This document shows positions 54,690-64,000 of a stretch of 64,000 nucleotides of DNA, one piece after another. This stretch comes from Octopus vulgaris (Eukaryota). Position 1 is the stretch's first letter. Every line of letters starts with the position of its first letter. The position numbers and the translations under genes were made by a program. Location of the stretch: the NCBI GenBank assembly GCA_951406725.2, contig OX597820.1, positions 102,486,001 to 102,550,000 of the forward strand, given 5' to 3'. A model generated the notes under the pieces. It ran no database searches. It was not told the origin of the DNA and saw only the letters and a list, made by a program, of their open reading frames with translations.

Positions 54690-55425
54690 AGTCAATTACA
54701 TCGACCTTAGTTCTCAACTAGTACTTATTTTATCGACTCCGAAAGATGAAAATTAAAGTCGACCTCGGCGGAATTTGAACTCAGAACCTGAAGCCGGACG
54801 AAATGTCGTTAAACATTTTGTCCGGCGTGCTAAAGATTCTCCCAGCTCATCGCCTTGATGCCTTCAGAAGTATTGATTTCGAATTTTGTTACAAGGCCAC
54901 CAATTTCAGAGCGAGTTAAGTCGATTACATCGACCCCACCGCTCAGCTGGTACTTATTTTATCGACCCCGAAAGCGATGAAAAGCAAAGTCGACCTCGGC
55001 TGAATTAGTATTCAGTATGCCACAAAGCAATTTTCCTAGCGTACTAACGATTCTTTTCTGCTATAGGCAGAAGGCCTGAAATTGTGGGTGAGGGGACTAG
55101 TCGATTACATCGACCACCAGTGTTTCACAAGTACTTAATTTATCGACTCCGAAGGATGAAACGCAAAGTCGACCTCGGCGGACGAAATACCTATTTCTTT
55201 ACTACCCACAAGTGGCTAAACACAGATAGGAAAAACAAGGCCAGACAAACGGATTAAGTCGATTACATCGACCCCAGTGCGTAACTGGTACTTAATTGAT
55301 CGACCCCGAAAGGATGAAATGCAAAGTCAATCTCGGCGGAATTTGAACTCAGAACGTAGCGGCAGACGAAATACAGCTAAGCATTTCGCCTGGCGTGCTA
55401 ACGTTTCTGCCAGCCCGCAGCCTTA
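54580..55425 (-). mobile_element. Cluster of about 4 SINE family B copies, one with Tx1-type tail
   Basis: Repeated gtcgattacatcgaccc...ggtactta...aaagtcgacctcggcgg; Tx1-type tail at ~55192-55245. Confidence 0.9.
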
Positions 55426-55529
55426 GTGTCTTCATAAATATTAACAGAAGAACAACGAATAGCCGTTTTTGTCTTTCTTTAGTGAAAACATCTCCAGTAA
55501 TTTCTTTGCTTTTGTGCTTCTTATTTTGT

Positions 55530-55759
55530 GTCTCTTATTTGTTTCAGTCATTGGATTGCCGCCATGCTGGGTACCACCTGGAAGTGTTTAGTCAAATAAA
55601 TCAACTTCGACGCTATATTTTTAAGTCTGATAATCATTCTTTGGAACTAAATTGAAGCGACGTAAGCAAATCAGCAACTATTGTCAAACTGTGGCAGAAA
55701 CAAATACACACGAACATACACATAGAGACACGATCGCTCGCATGCACAAACGTGCGCAT

Positions 55760-55810
<51 letters not shown>

Positions 55811-55985
55811 AACAAACACGGCAGGTTTCGACACAGTTTCCATCTGCTAAATCCTATTAAAAATCATTGATCGGCCTGTGGTTATAATAGAAGACGCTAG
55901 CTCAAGGTAAAGTGCAGTGGGTTTGAATCCGAAACTACTAGGTTGCAAAGCGAATTTCTTAATCACGTATCTATGCTTACGCCTG
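55530..55985 (-). mobile_element. SINE family A, degenerate
   Basis: Tail tgtttcagtcattggattgccgccatgctgg; head at ~55820-55985. Confidence 0.75.
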
Positions 55986-57052
55986 TAGCAAGATTTTTAA
56001 TTATACAGCTATGCCTGCCTCTGTATAGCTGTTATATAAATACAGTTTGTGTTTTCATTTTGTTATATCTTCCCAACATTTAGAACTTGCTGGAATAATC
56101 TGCTACGTTCTAAAACGTTCCAGAAGTTCGACGTTTAAGAGGTATTATTCAGATCGCAGGATACCATTTTATCACAAGATTATTCCAGTTATCACAATAT
56201 TATTCCTTGCATAATAATGAAACTTCAAGCTAGCCGTTTGATCAGTTAAAAACAGCAACCAAATCTGTCTCAAATCACCACCTTGTGTGCACTGACGCGT
56301 GCCTACAAGTTTAACAAATGGCGCACAGAAAACAAATTTGTGCATACAAGGTTTTGCAAATTGAAATCGGATTTTTTTAATTGAAGATAGAATTGGATGC
56401 GCCCATGCATTACGATGAATGACAAAATTTGTACCCAAGAAAATTCCTGCCCACATCCAGAGCAAAAATATTTGAGGGGACATTGAAAGATCCCATGCAT
56501 AATATGGATCTAGGCGTGAAAAAAAACAGATTATATGCTCTTGAATGAAATGTCTATGATCAAAGGTTTATTCGATTGTGGTTGGTCTGGCACCAAGTAA
56601 GAATAAGCACAAGAGTAATAATATTAGCTTGTTAATTATCAATCAAAGTATTTTTTAACTAGAAAGGAACCCAATTAAAGTGGGAGCAGGCATGGCAAAT
56701 TTGATCATGAAATTTTGATTCAGAACCATGAAGTTCTGGTTTGATATCACAGTGTAGCACCTTGACAATTCTTATATTATAGCCTTCATTATGAGTTGAA
56801 TTTTGTTGAAATACGTGCGTTCGTGCGTGCGTGCGTGCGTTCGTGCGTGCGTTCGCGTGTGCGTGTGTGAGTCTGTGTCTGTGTCTGTCTGTCAAGCAGT
56901 TGACGAATGGGGAATGTAAATACATACATACACACACACATACACATACATACATACATACATACATACATACACACACATGCATACATACATACATACA
57001 TACATACATACATACATACATGCATACATACATACATACATACATACATACA

Positions 57053-57084
<32 letters not shown>

Positions 57085-57284
57085 GATGCTTGTTTACATC
57101 TTTCATTGTTGTATTTCTGCAAAATATCGGAAATCTTTGAACGAAATTCCAAATTACAGATAATCTTTTCATCCTCTCACCACTACAAATATTGTAAATG
57201 TAGAAAGTGTGCTGAATGACAAAATTTTGTTTACAATTTGTCATAGAAGACGATAAGGTAATTATTTTCTCTTAGGCACCTGAT

Positions 57285-57750
57285 TTTTTTTCTCTCTATT
57301 TTCAGCTCAGAGCTGCGGCCATGCCGATGCACCGCCGTTTTGCTACACTGTTATTACTGAGAGCCTCCTCTAATATGTGGCACTTGGTGAAGAATGGAGT
57401 TTGATATAGCTACCCTCATTTGAACCTCTTGCCGTGAGGTAGGTTCATCTGGGACTCTCGATAGGAAGAGGTCCAGCTTTGATTTAAAAACCGCTACATC
57501 TACTTTGTGCAAGTTCCCCAGACTCTTTGGGAAAATATTAAAAAGCTGTGGGACCTTGAAACCCAGGCTGTTGCAGTAACTGATCCTGAAGCGTGATGGC
57601 ATTGCTGGGATCTTTGTCACTATGCAGTGTCGTCCCGTTCTGGCATTGGTGTAGCTTTCAATGCCAAAATTTGGTACAATTCCTTCCATGATCTTCCAGA
57701 TATATATTACTGCATACCTCTCCCGTCTTCTTTCCAGGGAGTAGATATCT
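57285..57750 (-). mobile_element. CR1/L2-group LINE 3' end, 5'-truncated
   Basis: IYSLERRRERYAVIYIWKIMEGIVPN...PQLFNIFP...FKSKLDLFLSRVPDEP...SNSILHQ*, then a short UTR with hairpin cagc-tctga-gctg. Confidence 0.85.
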
Positions 57751-57850
57751 TTAAAAAGAGCATAAATGTGGCCTAAGATTTCCTTTCTTTGTAAATTTAC
57801 TTCCTCTTCATAGCACTAATTGACAGTCAGTCAGATTGAGGTGTTTAGAG

Positions 57851-58001
57851 CAGTCATGGGCAAACTGCAGACCGCGATCCTTTCTGAATGGCATGCCTAG
57901 GCGAAAAATTACTTTGAATGTTTTTATATAGCAGTGCGGCCCATCTAATGATAATCCATGTCTTATGCAGCTTGCTTCTCGTAATAGCCTATCCAAGCCT
58001 G
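57851..58001. mobile_element. Degenerate hAT (Charlie-like) MITE
   Basis: Ends cagtcatgggcaaactgcagaccgcg ... gcggccc ... atccaagcctg; imperfect 8-bp flanks gtttagag / attttgtg. Confidence 0.4.
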
Positions 58002-58384
58002 ATTTTGTGCACAGTCAAGTGTCAGAGACATTTGGACAATAGTCTCATCTTCGACTTCTGGAATTCAACGTTATTTACAGACAAATAGTAACATTAGTAA
58101 AACGCTGTTCAATCGTCTTGGTAATATTTTACGAAAATAAATGAAAAGTATTATTTTGTTCTTCGTTTCTGTAATTCTAAATTATATTTGGATTTCATTA
58201 TTAAATAGTATTGATTTTTCAAATGATAATTTCAGTTTAATATTTTCTCATTTGTATTCATTCGAAAAAGTTATGATTCAAAGCAGGTTTATCTTTTGTT
58301 TTACTATTTGCGTCTATTGATGTGAAAAACAAACATTTCTTTGCAAACGACACACATAAACTGCAAATTATTTACATAATAGGA

Positions 58385-58520
58385 GAATGCATAGCTGTTT
58401 GGAAAGTTTTTTTGCTTCCCAACTATATGGTTCTGAGATTAAGGCTCCACTGTCTTCAATTATAGTCCCGGTCCAACCAAAGGCATATGAATAGCATACG
58501 GAAACTGAAAGAAGCTGTCG
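58385..58520 (-). mobile_element. SINE family A-like head fragment (orientation reads like the plus-strand head; degenerate)
   Basis: tgcttcccaactatatggttc...tatagtcccggtccaaccaaagg...cggaaactgaaagaagctgtcg, followed by (TA)n. Confidence 0.55.
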
Positions 58521-58553
58521 TGTGTGTACATATATGTCGTGTATATATATGTG

Positions 58554-58661
<108 letters not shown>

Positions 58662-58726
58662 ATATATATATATATATACACATATATATACATATATATA
58701 TATGTATATATATATATATGTGTGTG

Positions 58727-58772
<46 letters not shown>

Positions 58773-61504
58773 CATATATATATACACACACATATATATA
58801 TTGGTATATAGTTAGGAGAGTCAAGAGTTGGGTATCTTAACAATGGAGACAACTTGCTATAGTGAAGAGCGAATGAATCACTGAGCCTTCAATCATATTC
58901 AAACATACACATATACACACGCACATACACACATTCGCACAAGCACACGCGCATATACATTTCTTAACGTATTGTAATTGAAATATTATCAACAATCGTA
59001 TATATTTTTTTGTCCTCTACGTTTTTTTATCCGATAATTAATGGCCTTAGCCATAAATGGATGTTTAATATATAGCTTCAGTAAATACGTTGTGTGTTAT
59101 TGATCAATTTACACTTTTTAAGTATTTGAATGAGTTCAAATAGTTATTATTATCTTTGTTTAACCCAGGGTCAAATCTTATGGGGCAAACTTCGGATCAA
59201 AGGCTGTCAATCCGTGACCATCACGCTTTTTTTTGCGAGTTTGTGACTATGAAGTACAACACATTATTCCACATTTACGCTCGATGGAAATAATATGTGA
59301 AGATCAGGTTGGCGTTTCTAGCTTATCGAACGACTCGATATTGGCGCCGTCGCCGGTTTGTCAATACAACGGTAACCATTAATGGCAATTTCAGAAAGGT
59401 GATAAAAGATATGGCCGTTGAAGCTGGCTAAATCAATACTGTACAGGTATATCAGTCAAACAGATGATGTTTTGTATCGCCATCGATTAACTGTGATGAG
59501 TTAAACTCTTGCCGCGAGTGTTGCTTAATAAAGGTTAGACTGTTTTGACCTAGGTGTATGATATGTAGGCAACGGTATCAGCGATGGCCTTTAATGGGAT
59601 TATACAGCTTGTCGTTTTACAATCTAACGACAATCGGTCCTGATTCAGTGGCAGTAAAGATTTTTTCGTTCAAAACGCTGTTATATAAAAATGGTGTCTT
59701 AGCATGGGGTTCGTTGTAATGGCTAAACGAAACCAAATAACAATATTTTTTTTCTTATCTTTCTGAACGTATTCTTTTGTGTCCATATGAACATTCCATT
59801 ATCAGCAAACGGTATTGCTCTATTGTTTATTTTATGGTGTGACTGGCATATCATCCAAATACATCTATTAATTGCCATTCTGTTTTGTAATGCTGTCGGA
59901 TCATAACACTTTCTGCTCGATAGTAATGATATATAATACGTAACTATCAAAGCAAGTTTCATCTTTTTGTTTTATCAAATAACATCCATTGTATCCACTT
60001 ACATATTTTCCATTGGAATAATAGAAATCATTATAAAAAGCTTCGGAGCTCTTGGGTACTAACTGAATTAGAGGAAAACAAGTGAGGCTTTCGATACTTG
60101 AGAAAATAGAAGATCTCACAAAATCCCTTGTTACGTCAGAAATAGGTCCCTGGAGGCCATAGCTTCGGTTTAAAATCTACAAAACCGATTTCAGCACTTG
60201 ATCGAAAATATTTCATTTCTGTGCTATTAGAACCTTGAGAAAGACACAGAAGCTTAAAAGACCACGGGGGGGGGGAGGGAAACAGAAGTGGTTGTGTGGT
60301 AAGAAGCTTGCTAAGTCACATCGTCGCAGTAGTGTGTATCCTGTAGAATTCAGTAATAGTAACAAAATGTTCAGAATATCATGCGCTACTTTCGTAAGTG
60401 ATGATCGGCACATTAAATAATGCAGTTCCAAATATATTATGTTTGGAAAGAAAATATAGAAACGCTTTTGATCATAGGCATACTGAGACCCACATTTTAC
60501 TGGCAGTTAGAAGTGAGGAAGGCGATAAGGGCAGAAGATTAAAAAAAAACAACACGGTCGGTTTAACACATACTGAACTGCTTAGAGTGGCCATCTAGGT
60601 GAAGGAATGTAATATATATAAAATAATAGATTTATGGATCGTACCTAGACAATTGATATTGTACATAGGTACAGTCTGTCTGTTTGATCGGGGTTTACCC
60701 GTGCTTAAAAACGACTGCAACACGAACAGCAGCACAATTATTATTATTGTCCAACATCTCTTTCATGAAAACATTAAAGGGACTAAGTAATCTGTGTTGC
60801 ACTCTGATGAAGATTCTTAATTGCGTTTACACTATTGCTTTCCCATTTCAGACACCAAATTACTGCAGTAAACAATGGCATTCCGAAGTAAAGTGCCATT
60901 TGTCGAATTGATGATGTCTCAATAAATACATCTGTTAAACAGCTGGCATTAGGTAACAAACTGTGTTTTAAAGTACTGTTTAGGTGATAAAATTAACTGT
61001 CAATTTGTGTGACATCTTATTTGACTTTGCCCATTAGTTTACAAAGAGTGTGAAAATAGCAGATTGTTAGTTATTCACAGATTATCATCTTTCGAAGGTA
61101 AATGAGAACAGTAACAGACGACTGACTGTTTTTATATATGTTTCAAGTCAAACAAATTCAATAAACGATAAAATTCTACTGAAAGTGAAAATTTCGTTCA
61201 TAGGTGAAAAGGCGTTTAATGTTAAAGAATTAGATAAAGATATTGATTACCGTTGACAGCATGCTGGTTAGTTTCTTATTTAGCTTCTTGCAGACAACCT
61301 TTTGCTATTATTAAACTTGGTGACCGAGCTATGAATTATTAAAGAACAAAAATCGAATCTTTGTTTGAATGATTTTCTATTACTTTTTACCTAAATTGTT
61401 CGATAGCTGGTTGCTATTATTTAGCTCCAGCTCGACCCTGATCGAATAGGCATGGCAATCCTTCTGACTGCAAGGGTGGGGGGCAGAAATTCAGGATCAC
61501 ATAC

Positions 61505-61890
61505 TTTAATCTTTCATCTTTACTCTACCACTTGTTTAAGTCTCTTTGATGCGGGCATGCTGGGACACCGCTTTCAAGAATTTTTAATCGAATGAATCGA
61601 CCCCAGTATTTATCTGTAGTTAAGCCTGGTACTTATTCTATGGGTCTCTCCTGTCGAACCGCTAAAGTTACGGTGACGTAAACACACCAACACCGGTTCC
61701 CAAGTGCAGTACTGAGCGACAAACACAGACAAAAAGACACACAATCCCCCATATATATATATATGTACATACGGCTGGATACTTTGAGTTTCCATCCACC
61801 AAATTCACTCACAAGGCTTTTGTCGGCCCGAGGCTGTAGTAGAAGACATACGAAATACCGCTAAGCATTTCGCCCGGCAGCTCGCCGCCT
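61505..61890 (-). mobile_element. SINE family A fused to a family B head fragment
   Basis: catgctgggacaccgc...cgaaccgctaaagttacgg...cactcacaaggctttt, then cgaaataccgctaagcatttcgcccggc. Confidence 0.8.
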
Positions 61891-61987
61891 TTTATTGACA
61901 ATAATATACAAGTATATTATTAATAATAAAATTATTAATATTAGTGGCTATTCAAAGCCTGAACCGTGCAGGCAAGTTTAAAAAGTA

Positions 61988-62285
61988 TGATGGTGCTAGG
62001 AGAAAACAGCTTTGCTAAAGATAGACGTCAAATGACCCCGGAAGTTTAAATTTGACTTCTCTCCCGGTAAGCTTAACTGAAGATGGGATAAGAAAGTTTA
62101 ATTCAGAGCCCGAAATCGGTATTAAGCTATCTTCTATTTCTTCTGCAGCCTTCGCAAAGGGAGGAGCCTAATTTTTATTCCTTGCCCGATTTTCACCATG
62201 CTTGTTCGTAAAGTGAGCTCTCTGTAGCTTCCGAAGTCATTTGACTTCTATCTCTAGCAAAGCTGGTACTCTTCCAGTACCATTA
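61988..62285. mobile_element. MITE with ~60-bp TIRs and TA flanks (Tc1/mariner-type)
   Basis: tggtgctaggagaaaacagctttgctaaagatagacgtcaaatgaccccggaag versus cttccgaagtcatttgacttctatctctagcaaagctggtactcttccagtacca. Confidence 0.75.
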
Positions 62286-62404
62286 TATTTTATATATATT
62301 CAAGTTCTGAATATAAAATACCTCATGTCAGAAACGGTTGTCTAAACACCCGTAGGAACTGTAAGATAAGCGCAATGAACAAACTCTTTCAATTCAATCA
62401 ATTA

Positions 62405-63990
62405 CACTGTATAACAGTGAAAAAAAAACAAGGGAAATGAGAATAACCTTATCTAGGGCTATTTTGTGTGTAGATCTCGAATACAACATCTGTTTCTTTC
62501 GGTGACCCTCCAGTTTTTCGTAAAATACTATCTTACGCTAAATGCACTGATGATTCCGTAGGAATTGAATGGGCGGGATGTTACTAATGTATTTTCAACC
62601 TAACGTATGAAAATTATAAAACTACACTCAATATTATACTTATATGGGTAAATTTGACAAGAAACCACACCTCATCACTCAACCTGAACTCAATGACCTA
62701 GTTCGTGGTGTGGTACTTACGAAGTAACAGAGTGAAGCCCTAACCTCACATTTGCAACAATGGAACCTTTTGGATAAAGATGCTCGATCTGCAGCAACTC
62801 TTCACTTTGGAAAAGAATATGACTTATTGTAATGATGTCAGAGACATATTCAATGTTATTGGGCTGTTCTATGAGCCGAATGAGTGGTGGTTATACATAG
62901 ATGCATTCCTTTACAACATAAAAGCGATTCTGTTTCACATTAGGAACACCATGCATTCAGTTCCAATATGAGAATCTAGCTTTTAATCTAGACCGCATAA
63001 GTTACAAGCGGAATGAGTGGCTAATTTGTGCGGATTTGAAACTTGTAACTCTACTCAATGGGCTACAAACTGGATACACCAAGTTTACGTGCTTTTTTGC
63101 AAGTAGGACCAGATCAGAATATTACTTACGCTCAAAATGGCCTCCTCGGAAAACTATGACGCTTGGATACCATAATGTAAATCATGAGCTACTAGTTAAG
63201 AAGGAGAAAATGATTTTGCTATCACTGCATATAAAACTAGACCTAATGAAGCACCCCAAGTCGTTCTTACCTAAGATAAGTGATGCCAAGATTACAGAGA
63301 GCTTATTCGTAGGCCCTCAAATTCGTCAACTTACAGCTGATGGGGATTTCGAGGCGGCATTGGATGAAACCGAGCTGGCGACCGGCATGCATTCAAAGAT
63401 GTTTGCAAAAGACTTCTGGGAAAGCACCAAGTGGCTGAGCGAGAGAGTATAGTGGAGAGCCTAATCAAGTGCTATCAAGATCTCAGATGCAATTTGTCAC
63501 TGAAGATACACTTTCTTCATTCTCATCTTTCTTTTTCCCAGAGAATGCAGGATATGAGTAATGAACATGGAAAAATATTCCATCAAGATATAGAGTCAGT
63601 GGAAAACAGGTATTAGGGAAAAAGGAGCCCAGCTATATTGGCTGACTTATGCTGGAACCTGAAGTGTGAAACTTGAGACGTCTTATAAACGAAGAAGTAG
63701 ATGCTAAAATGTAGGTTAATACATTATATAATGCTAACAAGCATGCCGGTTCATTATATATTTATGAATTAATTACAATGGACATATTTAATCCGACTTT
63801 AGGAGCAAAATAAATTTATGGTATCGTGCAAATAAGTAGAGATTGCATAGTTGTTAAGACGGTAATTTACAAGAAAACGTGACGTGATAGGAAATTTGTT
63901 ATAAAATTTGAATTTAGCACAATAAACTTCATAAATAAATGTACATGAGAACTATGTTTTTTCCTTGACCCTGCAATTTGTTGTACAGTG
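62405..63990 (+). mobile_element. Chapaev3-like (CMC) DNA transposon
   Basis: TIRs cactgtataaca / tgttgtacagtg, 3-bp TTA duplication (62402-62404 and 63991-63993), and an internal transposase relic. Confidence 0.85.
62665..63660 (+). pseudogene. Chapaev3-type transposase, disrupted
   Basis: QPELNDLVR, EWWLYID, WLICADLK..GLQTGYTKF, LHIKLDLMK, FVGPQIRQL, SLKIHFLHSHL and EHG..FHQDI..ENRY. Confidence 0.85.
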
Positions 63991-64000
63991 TTATAATTCG

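Noticed and set aside
60874-60901. Small hairpin aatggcatt...agtgccatt resembling a miR-183/263 seed
   Set aside because: The stem is too short for a pre-miRNA and does not match a mature sequence I recognise.

Overview
This is eukaryotic, AT-rich, microsatellite-dense DNA, and I found no recognisable host protein-coding gene or RNA gene. Most ORFs in the supplied track are translations of simple repeats. The repeat content (tRNA-derived SINE families, Dong/R4, RTE, Tx1 and CR1/L2-type LINEs, mariner, Chapaev3, Helitron) suggests an intergenic or intronic region of a cephalopod, probably octopus; this assignment is inference. Main elements: a mariner relic (1.8-2.8 kb), an ORF1-only Tx1-type retroelement (18.3-20.0 kb), a young 5'-truncated Dong/R4 LINE inside (TAA)n (28.6-30.8 kb), an older R4 relic split in two, and a Chapaev3-like transposon with a TTA TSD (62.4-64.0 kb). 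The most notable hidden signals are four. (i) Many Penelope-type minimal hammerhead ribozymes occur, including foldback elements carrying two outward-facing hammerheads with a U3-A8 variant core. (ii) Two SINE/LINE tail-sharing pairs are visible within the window. (iii) A Tx1-tailed SINE is joined three times to the same site inside another SINE head. (iv) A locally duplicated unit has a conserved TATA/Inr-like core. All alignments were read by eye, so boundaries are approximate.
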